Positions 32,147 through 40,293 of a stretch of DNA of 64,000 nt are shown in pieces (position 1 is the first letter of the stretch; each line of letters opens with the position of its first letter). The DNA is from an uncultured Flavobacteriaceae bacterium. GTDB taxonomy: Bacteria; Bacteroidota; Bacteroidia; Flavobacteriales; Flavobacteriaceae. Under the pieces are notes generated by a model. That model did not search any database. It was not told the origin of the DNA and worked only from the letters and a program-made list of their open reading frames with translations. Where the stretch lies: contig CAVVXE010000004.1 of NCBI GenBank assembly GCA_963752165.1, positions 5,437-69,436 of the forward strand. Reading direction: 5' to 3'. The translations under genes were made by a program, and so were the position numbers.

Positions 32147-33721
32147 GTGAATTTTAAAAAATACATAGCAGAGCTTAAAAGGCGTAATGTATTTAGATCG
32201 GCGATAACTTATTTGGTGATAGCGTGGGTAATTGCCCAGGTATTTGATATTGTCCTTCCAGCGTTCAGTGCCCCTAATCATTTTATGAAAACCTTGATTT
32301 TCACATTGATTATAGGCTTTCCGATCAGCCTGGTCATAGCCTGGAATTATGAATTCTCTCCAAAGGGAATTAAAAAAATAAAAAATGCGGAACCAAAGAA
32401 CTTACTAACAGCTCAATCTGCAGAACAACCTACTGCTGACAATAAAAAGCTGGTGGTCCTGCCTTTTCGGAATATTAGTTCGGATAACGATAGCAATTAT
32501 TTTAGTGATGGGTTAACGGAAGAAATAATTATTCGCTTGTCAGGAATCAATGATCTTGACATTACTTCACGAAGTACCTCCATGCGCTTTAGAGATTCTG
32601 AAGCGGACATTGTTTCATTGGGTCGTGAATTGAAAGCGCGGTATGTGTTGCAAGGCACTGTGCGCAAACATAAGGAGGAGTTGAGAATAACAACGGAATT
32701 GATTGATATAGAAAACGATTCTGAACTTTGGGCCGAGATTTACCAAGGGAAGATGGCAGACGTTTTTGATATTCAGGAACAGGTATCCAAGAAGATTGTT
32801 AATTCATTACAACTGAAGCTTTCGGCCAAAGAAAAAGAAGCATTAAGCAAAATAGAGACAATGAATGTTGAGGCGTATGACGCTAACCTGAAAGCTCGCG
32901 AATTTCTGTTCAGGTATACAAAGAACTATCTTCTTTTGTCCATAGATCTTTTTCAAAGGGCCATAGATTTAGACCCACACTATGCAGTTGCATATGCGGG
33001 TATGAGCGAGGCCTGTGCCCTGTTATATGAAACACATGATAAAAACGTTAAATGGATCAAAAAGGCGGAAGATTCGGCACTAAAAGCCCTTATTTATCAT
33101 CCTGCCTCATCTGAGGCGTATAGCGCCCTGGGACTGGTCTACGGCAACAAGAATTTACTGAACGAAGCACTGATAGCTGCTGAAAAGGGAATTTCATTTG
33201 ACCCTGACAATTTTTTTGCCTACTGGGTCAGGGGTAGGCTTTATAGAATAACGGGGAGGGATTTGGACGCGGTAAATGATTTTAATAAGGTCTTGGAACT
33301 TAATGGTGATTTTCATTCTCCTTACGGTGACTTGCAGATGGCCTATGAAATATTGCAGGATAAAAAAATGCTACAGCATACTATTGAACGGGCCGCAGAC
33401 TTTTACCCCTCTTATTTAATGCATCACCCGGATGACTCTCGTGCCCACCAATTTTACGCCTTTACATTGAAAAGGCTGGGGCGCTTAGAGGAGGCAAAAA
33501 AAGAAATGAATAAAGGGATTGAGCAAAACCCGAACGACCCTATTATTATTTATAACGCCGCTTGTTTTTATACCCTGATAGGGGATAAAAAAGCCGCTAT
33601 AAAAAGTCTCAAAAAAGCAATAGCATGTGGGTTTGAAAATTATGCATATCTCAAACATGATCCGGATCTTCGCAACTTGTACGAGGATGCCGATTTTATT
33701 GAGCTAATGAAAGACAAATAA
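32147..33721 (+). CDS. membrane-anchored TPR-repeat protein with a TolB-N-like module
   Basis: 524 aa (GTG start). It has the N-terminal RRNVFRSAITYLVIAWVIAQV anchor, a VVLPFRNISSDNDSNYFSDGLTEEII module, then multiple TPR-like repeats. Confidence 0.7.
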   Translation: MNFKKYIAELKRRNVFRSAITYLVIAWVIAQVFDIVLPAFSAPNHFMKTLIFTLIIGFPISLVIAWNYEFSPKGIKKIKNAEPKNLLTAQSAEQPTADNKKLVVLPFRNISSDNDSNYFSDGLTEEIIIRLSGINDLDITSRSTSMRFRDSEADIVSLGRELKARYVLQGTVRKHKEELRITTELIDIENDSELWAEIYQGKMADVFDIQEQVSKKIVNSLQLKLSAKEKEALSKIETMNVEAYDANLKAREFLFRYTKNYLLLSIDLFQRAIDLDPHYAVAYAGMSEACALLYETHDKNVKWIKKAEDSALKALIYHPASSEAYSALGLVYGNKNLLNEALIAAEKGISFDPDNFFAYWVRGRLYRITGRDLDAVNDFNKVLELNGDFHSPYGDLQMAYEILQDKKMLQHTIERAADFYPSYLMHHPDDSRAHQFYAFTLKRLGRLEEAKKEMNKGIEQNPNDPIIIYNAACFYTLIGDKKAAIKSLKKAIACGFENYAYLKHDPDLRNLYEDADFIELMKDK

Positions 33722-33726
33722 GTCAA

Positions 33727-33969
33727 TTAATCCGATGGCGTTTTTTTCTTTTTTCGATTTCTTATGAATGCGAATGATAGTAGTAATCCGATCAGTACAA
33801 AAATTGAATAGAAAGATTGCCCGGTAAATTGAATCTTTGTCGCTGACCATTCAAAAGATTCGGAGCTACCTTCACTTGCTATTATTTCAATTCCATCCAG
33901 TGTAATGGCCACTGCCACTGCGATAAGGATAAGGAAGATTATTTTCAAAAGTGGATTCGGGTTGTTCAC
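33727..33969 (-). CDS. small two-TM membrane protein
   Basis: 80-aa ORF with two hydrophobic helices and a basic C-terminal tail. It is the last unit of the minus-strand run. Confidence 0.45.
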   Translation of the reverse strand: MNNPNPLLKIIFLILIAVAVAITLDGIEIIASEGSSESFEWSATKIQFTGQSFYSIFVLIGLLLSFAFIRNRKKKKTPSD

Positions 33970-34007
33970 GTTTTAATGTACTTTATATAATGTTAGCGTA
34001 TACCTCT

Positions 34008-35288
34008 CTATTTAGTTGGCTTAATTATTTTCCCGCCTTTCATTACGAATGCTACCCGGGTTAATTCGGAGATATCATCAAGAGGGTTTTTCTTTGTGGC
34101 TATAATATCTGCCAATTTACCAACCTTAATGCTTCCAATTTCGTTATCCATCATAAGTAACGTTGCATTTACCTTAGTGCCCGCCAGTATTGCCTGGAGA
34201 GGGGTCATTCCTATTTCAGTAAGTAACTGGAATTCCTTACCAGCAAAATTAGGGGGGAATCCAACATTGTCTGAACCTACCCCTACTTTTACCCCTCTTT
34301 TTATTGCTTTCTCATACATCTTCCAGGAAGCCTCGCGGTGCTTAATTGTTAATTCATACATTTTTGCCTGCGCCTTGCTGTTCTTCCAGGTTTCGAGTCC
34401 ATATTCACTTACACACAAAGTAGGGATGAGATATGCATCATGCACTAAAAACAGGTCAATACTTTCATCATTAAGGAAGGTGCCATGTTCTATGGATCTC
34501 GCCCCAAACGTAATGGCTTTATTGATGCCTTCAGTAGCATGGGCGTGCGCCATGACAGGAACACCCCTTCTTTTTGCTTCCTCCATAGCAGCAATAATTT
34601 CTTCATCGCTAAAGTGAACATTTTGCGGATTGTCCCCTTCAGACATAAAAGCACCGGTAATTAAAAGCTTGATCCAGTCGCTTCCAAATTTTATTTCTTT
34701 CCTAATAGCCTTTTGAATTTCATCTTTACCATTAACGACCAGCCCATCAGCAATAACGGATTGTTCAGGTGCTATAAAATTGATATCGCCTCCTCCGCCT
34801 GTAACGGATAAATAATGCCCTGCACCAAATATTCTCGGGCCATCAAACAGACCGGTGTTTATAGCATCCCTAATTTCAAAATGGGCATATTGTGTATCGG
34901 CATCACCGGCTACCCGTATTGTCGTCCAACCTTCGTTAAGCCAATCCTGAACTACTTTTAACCCCCTGAGTGCATTAAAGGCAGATGATCCTTTTATATG
35001 ATTTACCTGGTAATCGTCTCCATATATTAAGGGATGCACATGTGCATCAATTAATCCGGGCAGCACTGTATATTCTGTTAAATCTATTATTTTATGATCT
35101 GATTTTATAAGATCTCTGCTGCCAATTTGTACGATTCGTTCTTTATCGATGATCACTACCATATCCGTATAAACCTTATCATCTTCAGCTGTGATCAGCT
35201 TGCCACAAATAATGGCGGTTTTATCCTGGGCAGTAAGCGCAAGGGAAAACATCATTATCATAAGTGTAGATACCAATACTTTTTTCAT
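34008..35288 (-). CDS. amidohydrolase-family metallohydrolase (Xaa-Pro dipeptidase / imidazolonepropionase-like)
   Basis: 426 aa with a signal peptide, PGLIDAHVHP metal motif, VMAHAHA and a C-terminal GSIKVGKLADIIA motif. Confidence 0.8.
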   Translation of the reverse strand: MKKVLVSTLMIMMFSLALTAQDKTAIICGKLITAEDDKVYTDMVVIIDKERIVQIGSRDLIKSDHKIIDLTEYTVLPGLIDAHVHPLIYGDDYQVNHIKGSSAFNALRGLKVVQDWLNEGWTTIRVAGDADTQYAHFEIRDAINTGLFDGPRIFGAGHYLSVTGGGGDINFIAPEQSVIADGLVVNGKDEIQKAIRKEIKFGSDWIKLLITGAFMSEGDNPQNVHFSDEEIIAAMEEAKRRGVPVMAHAHATEGINKAITFGARSIEHGTFLNDESIDLFLVHDAYLIPTLCVSEYGLETWKNSKAQAKMYELTIKHREASWKMYEKAIKRGVKVGVGSDNVGFPPNFAGKEFQLLTEIGMTPLQAILAGTKVNATLLMMDNEIGSIKVGKLADIIATKKNPLDDISELTRVAFVMKGGKIIKPTK

Positions 35289-35576
35289 TTTTTATCTTTT
35301 AATTTTAGGTTGAAAGGTACGGTCTCGTATAACCGTGAGCCACGGGTTTTAAGTTACTAATTTTCGGTTTAGCACTGATGTTAGCAATTTCAAGTGGATC
35401 GGGATGAGCGCTAACAGTTTTCGCACGTTTAGCAGCGGCTTTAGACGTATGTATCCGACTAACAGGAATGGATACCCGGACGTTCATTTGCTATTCACAG
35501 AGCACCGAACCCGCTATTAAATGTACATGTTGTTATGCGTTGTAAAAAATTAACTATTCCAAGGACCCTATTATTT

Positions 35577-36116
35577 TCAATTAAAAAGTACTCTGGGTGG
35601 CTCCCAGGTGATAGGGTCGCCTACAACGCCATGAGCAGGACTAACTACTTCCATCCAATGTGGCGTCACTTTAATTAAGGCAAAATCTTCCGACTTGTTT
35701 GGATAGAACGCTTCCCACGCTACTTTCCATCTCTTTTCTTTTTCTTCAGGACTAGTTACTATTTCAGCTTCACCGTGAATGGTGACATATCCCGAACCAT
35801 CATTTGCTAAATAATATAGCGTTACACTTGGATTTTTTTTGATTTGATAGACCTTTCTGCTTTTTGGGTTTGTTCCAAACCACACGGTAAAATCGATTTC
35901 AGGAGCAAAGGGGTCCATTGTTCTTACCCTGGGATGACCTTCCTGATCTATGGTAATGAGTGCACACGTCTTGGCAGAAGTCATTATTTCTTTAGCCGCA
36001 TTGGTCAATTTCTGGTGCAGTGAATCTAACGGCACCCTATTTTGAGAGAATCCCACAGAAGCGAGTAAAAGAAAAAGTGCGAAAATTGCGCAGCTCGCTG
36101 TATTGATTTTTTTCAT
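35577..36116 (-). CDS. pyridoxamine 5'-phosphate oxidase-fold protein (general stress protein 26-like), exported
   Basis: Start preferred at MKKINTASCAIFALFLLLASVGFSQ (36116). GHPRVRTMDP...FGTNPKSRKVYQIKKNPSVTLYY is the PNPOx-like pattern. Confidence 0.7.
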   Translation of the reverse strand: MKKINTASCAIFALFLLLASVGFSQNRVPLDSLHQKLTNAAKEIMTSAKTCALITIDQEGHPRVRTMDPFAPEIDFTVWFGTNPKSRKVYQIKKNPSVTLYYLANDGSGYVTIHGEAEIVTSPEEKEKRWKVAWEAFYPNKSEDFALIKVTPHWMEVVSPAHGVVGDPITWEPPRVLFN

Positions 36117-36140
36117 TTTGATATTTTGCAATAATAGCCC

Positions 36141-36242
36141 TCGGCATTCAACCATTGAAGCCGGTTTTAGGTCTATTTAAATGTAGGAAATTTCAGGGTA
36201 GTTCTAAAGTAGTTATGAATTAAAGTCGTTGTTGTGCTTTCG
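36141..36242 (-). repeat. intergenic repeat member, duplicated with the adjacent gene end at 46480-46575
   Basis: cattcaaccattgaagccggttttaggtctatttaaatgtaggaaatttcagggtagttctaaagtagttatgaattaaagtcgttgttgtgc. Confidence 0.75.
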
Positions 36243-37001
36243 TTATTTTTGATCATATAAAATTTCCAATTCTTTTTCAATCTCGTTCACAACGACCTCT
36301 GATTTCTTAATCAATTCCTTTAAGCTATTAATATTCCAATTTCTATTTGAAATGATTTCGGCGTTAATACTTTTAAACGTATCGTCCTTAATCAGCTCAT
36401 TATAATTGAAAGGTTTTGTTACTTCAATATATCCTGAAATGCTATCTTGTAAAAAATACCTTCTAAAGTGGTTGACATGATAAGGATAAGAAATATTTTG
36501 CTGCAGGTTATTTGCCCAAACCTCATTTTCTTCTTTAATAATCAAAAATTCATTTTCGAACAAAACGCTCAAGTTTTGTCGTAAGCTATCATTGGTAATT
36601 AAATCGATTCCCTTGGATTTTAAATAGGCATAACCACCCGAAATGGGATTTGAAGAAACAGTCCAAAAATAGGTGCTAAATGGTTTGAGGAGAATATCGT
36701 CAAAAGGCCTTTTGTTATCTAAATAATCTAGTATCAATACATTATATGCCAAATATTCCTTTTCTGATTCAATTGTTCTTCCAAAGGATTTAATGCTACC
36801 TCTAATATTTGCCTTTAATTCATTGAGTAATTCAATTTCAACAAGCTTGGATGCTTTTTCATTATTTAAATTATTCAGGTATAAAGCGAGCAGAATTCCA
36901 ATGACAATTAGGATTACTTCGCCAGTGGCATACAGCAGGTATTTACTGAATTTATTTTCGGTTAATAGCTTTTGACGAATTCGTCCAAAAAATTTAATCA
37001 T
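36243..37001 (-). CDS. DUF6090-type membrane-anchored protein, paralog 4
   Basis: MIKFFGRIRQKLLTENKFSKYLLYATGEVILIVIGILLALYLNN. Its 3' ~210 nt plus downstream repeat are duplicated at 46505-46786. Confidence 0.75.
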   Translation of the reverse strand: MIKFFGRIRQKLLTENKFSKYLLYATGEVILIVIGILLALYLNNLNNEKASKLVEIELLNELKANIRGSIKSFGRTIESEKEYLAYNVLILDYLDNKRPFDDILLKPFSTYFWTVSSNPISGGYAYLKSKGIDLITNDSLRQNLSVLFENEFLIIKEENEVWANNLQQNISYPYHVNHFRRYFLQDSISGYIEVTKPFNYNELIKDDTFKSINAEIISNRNWNINSLKELIKKSEVVVNEIEKELEILYDQK

Positions 37002-37300
37002 AATTTCAATATTTTAAAGCCAGCGCACTACCTGGCACTTCACTATCAAAAGTCTGTCAGACTTTTGATATCCGTTCGGCCCTCAAAAGCGTTTTATCAT
37101 TGGTTATTAGTTGTTCCCGATACCCAGCCCGATCCCGATAGCTATCGGGATCGGTATTGGAAAGCAGAAGAAATTTGCGCTGGCAAAGCGATCCCTGAAC
37201 GTTCAGCCATAGAAGCCAGTTTTAGTTTTTATTAAAAATAGGGAATTTTGAATTAGTGCTGAAGTAGCGCTGAATGACAGTTATTGTTGGCATTTCGTTG
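37002..37300 (-). repeat. composite intergenic repeat region with two perfect palindromes
   Basis: 25-nt palindrome atcaaaagtctgtcagacttttgat (37045-37069) and TCCCGATAGCTATCGGGA (37133-37150). Then gcgctggcaaagcgatccctgaacgttcagccatagaagccagttttagtttttattaaaaatagggaattttgaattag...gttattgttggc. Confidence 0.75.
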
Positions 37301-37373
37301 TTTTTCCGGTTTTATAACAATCCCGGTTATATTCAGATTTCAAGTGTACTGATAAATTAGCTTTGTTTGATTA

Positions 37374-37934
37374 TTATTGAAACAAGACATACCTGGGTGG
37401 CTTTAAACCATTCAGTCGCATAGAAACAAGCATCTGTCCTCTGTGGTGCGTTATATGGTCTGCAAGTAATAATAGAATTTGTCTTTTTGTTCTGTCCGAC
37501 CCAAAATAGTCGAGTCTTTCCTCAAGTTTATTGAGGTCAAAATTTGAGATAAATGCTATTGTTTTGTCAAATGTCCTGTCGATTGTGGCAATCATTTCTT
37601 TTTTTGATTTATTGTCGACCTTCAGTTCCGTGTCGGTATTCCAATCTCTGGCTTCACGGCCGCCCATTAGTGATTGACTATGCCAATCCATCGCCCAGCC
37701 AATATGCATTAAATTTTCTGCAAAACTCATTGATTCTGGCGTTGCTTTGAAATCATATTGGTCCTCCGGCATCGTTTCCGCCACAAGAATTAAATACTTT
37801 TTTGAATTTTCCAATCGCTCCAAATAGTCCTTGATAAAGTCATTTTCCTGGGCGAATAGAGGCGATGCGTAGGAAGAAGACAATAGTATGGAGGTCAGTA
37901 TTAATATGTGTTTTAGGGTTCTCATCTGGTTCAT
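37374..37934 (-). CDS. DinB-family protein, exported
   Basis: Start preferred at MNQMRTLKH (37934). C-terminal LADHITHHRGQMLVSMRLNG is the DinB signature. Confidence 0.75.
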   Translation of the reverse strand: MNQMRTLKHILILTSILLSSSYASPLFAQENDFIKDYLERLENSKKYLILVAETMPEDQYDFKATPESMSFAENLMHIGWAMDWHSQSLMGGREARDWNTDTELKVDNKSKKEMIATIDRTFDKTIAFISNFDLNKLEERLDYFGSDRTKRQILLLLADHITHHRGQMLVSMRLNGLKPPRYVLFQ

Positions 37935-37969
37935 TTTTAAATTTCCGTTTCGTTTTTTTACAATGAATA

Positions 37970-38098
37970 CCAATGGTCCTGGCCATGATTTGGCGGACCC
38001 TGACCTTTTGACCATTCAAGCCGCTTCTAGTTTTAATTAAAAATAGGAAATCTGAATTAGTTGATAGGCAGTACTATAGTATAGGGGTTGTTAGCCCA
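37970..38098 (-). repeat. intergenic repeat member
   Basis: ccaatggtcctggccatgatttggcggaccctgaccttttgaccattcaagccgcttctagttttaattaaaaataggaaatctgaattagttgataggcag...ggggttgttagc. Confidence 0.75.
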
Positions 38099-38105
38099 CA
38101 GTGCT

Positions 38106-38558
38106 TCATTTCTCCTCCAGGGCAACGAAAAGTTGTGATTTTATTTTCCATATTCCCGACTCTTTGGTCCACATGGCTGAATAATTACCATTGATTATAG
38201 CCTTGTTACTTTTCTCCGGGTCATACCCATTCCAAATGCCGCTTTCCCAGGCCAAACCTCTTTTCGAATTCACTATAATTTCCCTGGTATCACGTATCCA
38301 ATACATCTTGCTTTTCCCACCGTCTAAAATATATCTTTTCAATGCCTCTTTTCCGCATAACAAAGTTCCATTTCCAGTAGTTGTTACTACATCATCTGTC
38401 AAATATGAAAGTACTTCTTCGTTGTCATACGATTTAAGTGCTGCATTTGACGCATTTCTGATCCTTGATATTTGCGCTGTATCGGTTTGAGAAAACAGCT
38501 CCGATGTAAAAATGAGGGTACATACTACTGCAAAAAGGATATGTTTAGTTTTTTTCAT
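38106..38558 (-). CDS. SnoaL/DUF4440-like (NTF2-fold) protein, exported
   Basis: 150 aa with a signal peptide. Pattern ...YLTDDVVTTTGNGTLLCGKEALKRY...NYSAMWTKESGIWKIKSQLF. Confidence 0.65.
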   Translation of the reverse strand: MKKTKHILFAVVCTLIFTSELFSQTDTAQISRIRNASNAALKSYDNEEVLSYLTDDVVTTTGNGTLLCGKEALKRYILDGGKSKMYWIRDTREIIVNSKRGLAWESGIWNGYDPEKSNKAIINGNYSAMWTKESGIWKIKSQLFVALEEK

Positions 38559-38606
38559 TTGTTATCCATATTTATAATTCCCATTCGATTTGATGTTCCG
38601 GTATTT

Positions 38607-38735
38607 GCCCTAACGCTTTCTGGCTATTATTCCCGCCAGAGGTGGGCAAGGTGGCACGCCTGCCTGCCTTTGGCAGGTGTTAGGGGCGAAGCTAGCGGAG
38701 GATCTAACAGCTTTGTCGTTGGAAATTCACGTCGG
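38607..38735 (-). repeat. intergenic repeat member containing a 78-nt unit bounded by CCCTAAC / GTTAGGG
   Basis: gCCCTAACgctttctggctattattcccgccagaggtgggcaaggtggcacgcctgcctgcctttggcaggtGTTAGGGgcgaagctagcggaggatctaacagctttgtcgttgg. Confidence 0.8.
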
Positions 38736-38966
38736 CTAAGTCAGCTTTGACCGTTCACTGCTCATATTTTAAATTGAATTCTTGTATTCTAAACTACACA
38801 AATCATTTGTTTTAATGGACCTAATCTGGCTACCTGCTATTAGGGCATACGCACCACTGCTGAATAAAAAAGCATTCAATACCTGCTGCATCGCATCACT
38901 TCTTTATATGACAGGAACAAATTAATATAGCAGTTTTTCTGGCAAAGGCTGTTTCTCAATTCTTTA

Positions 38967-39320
38967 TTACTTGGCAGCTGCACTTTTGCTGATTGCCCCA
39001 AGGGCAATGAATAAAATGGCTGTAAGAGGCCAAATATAAAGTAACGGGAAACCAAGTACGCTATAATTGATTATTGCCAAGACAAAATAAGCAACCAAAG
39101 CGATAATACCTCCGGTTAATTCCCATTTCCATGCAAGCCCAAGCCCGGTCAGACCTAATCCTGCTAGTGACAATTGTAAAATGGCGTTGTTGGTAAGGGG
39201 TCCTGCGGTTTCTTCATCAATTAAAGTCTCACCGATAAACATAAATAAAGAGAATACGATTATCAGACCGCTTAATACCCGCAGGATCCACCGAAATGTA
39301 TTGTATTGTTTTGTGCTCAT
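38967..39320 (-). CDS. small polytopic membrane protein
   Basis: 117-aa ORF with three or four hydrophobic helices; no recognised family. Confidence 0.5.
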   Translation of the reverse strand: MSTKQYNTFRWILRVLSGLIIVFSLFMFIGETLIDEETAGPLTNNAILQLSLAGLGLTGLGLAWKWELTGGIIALVAYFVLAIINYSVLGFPLLYIWPLTAILFIALGAISKSAAAK

Positions 39321-39623
39321 ATTTTTTCTTTTCCAATAGTTGTCTTAGCTACAGGGTAATTCAGTTTCCCATTTTTTATTGCAAAGTGGTTGCTGCACTC
39401 CACAGTGTTGCTTTTTATTATTTTAGGTGGTCAAACCCTAATGTTATTCCGAACCAAACTTCTTTTTAATCAAACGCATAATGGTCTCTTATGCCTTTCA
39501 GATATTGGCTTTAAGGTACGAATTTTCGGTTTGGCAAAGTCATGAGTATTTTCGTGAATTGGAACGCTGTTCCGGCCATAAGGAACAGCAAAGCCACTTG
39601 TGGGTATACCATGTTGCAGCACC

Positions 39624-40196
39624 TTATTTTTTATTTTTATAAAGTTCAATTGCTTTTAAATAGTTTCTTCCACCAGTCGCTGTTTGGTCGTGTAGGAATC
39701 CATTCAATTCAGGATGATTTTCATCAATCCAGGTTACAAGTCCATCCCTGTTTTTGACAAATGTCGAATCATTGAAAATAATGTATTCTGTTGTTTCAAT
39801 ACTGGTTATTTTATCATGATCAAATCTTATAACCTGATTAGTGACGATCGGTTCTTCGTGCAGAAATAAGATCCTTTTATCGATTTTTGAAATCTTCGCT
39901 TTGATAATTTTATACTCTTGCTCAATTTGAAGGATTTTGTAGGTTGGCTCAAATACAGCATCCCATTTCAACCATTCAACATATTCTTTCAGAGAAAATG
40001 TCTGTTCATAGCCATATTCGGTTTCCTTTGTCACAAGGCTATCGGTCAATAAAAGAGCTATTTTTGTAATATCGGCATTATCAAGAGCCGCATAATATTT
40101 TTTAGCAATTCCCAATTTGTCAATTTCCTGATCAGAATTTTTACAGGAAATGAGTCCGATTAGTAACAGTAATGGTAGCATTACAGTTTTTTTCAT
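39624..40196 (-). CDS. hypothetical lipoprotein, possibly NTF2-like fold
   Basis: Start preferred at MKKTVMLPLLLLIGLISC (40196). AKKYYAALDNADITKIALLLTDSL resembles SnoaL-like N-termini. Confidence 0.5.
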   Translation of the reverse strand: MKKTVMLPLLLLIGLISCKNSDQEIDKLGIAKKYYAALDNADITKIALLLTDSLVTKETEYGYEQTFSLKEYVEWLKWDAVFEPTYKILQIEQEYKIIKAKISKIDKRILFLHEEPIVTNQVIRFDHDKITSIETTEYIIFNDSTFVKNRDGLVTWIDENHPELNGFLHDQTATGGRNYLKAIELYKNKK

Positions 40197-40220
40197 GCGT
40201 AATTGGTTTTGCGTAATGTG

Positions 40221-40284
40221 CAATAACGGTAGGTATATGAGCCGTCCCGATAGCTATCGGGATAATGGCTTATAAACCTTATTG
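40221..40284 (-). repeat. 64-nt imperfect palindrome with an 18-bp perfect core TCCCGATAGCTATCGGGA
   Basis: caataacggtaggtatatgagccgTCCCGATAGCTATCGGGAtaatggcttataaaccttattg. The arms pair over about 30 nt with a few bulges. It lies between the S9 peptidase stop and the next start. Confidence 0.75.
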
Positions 40285-40293
40285 TGTGCAGTA

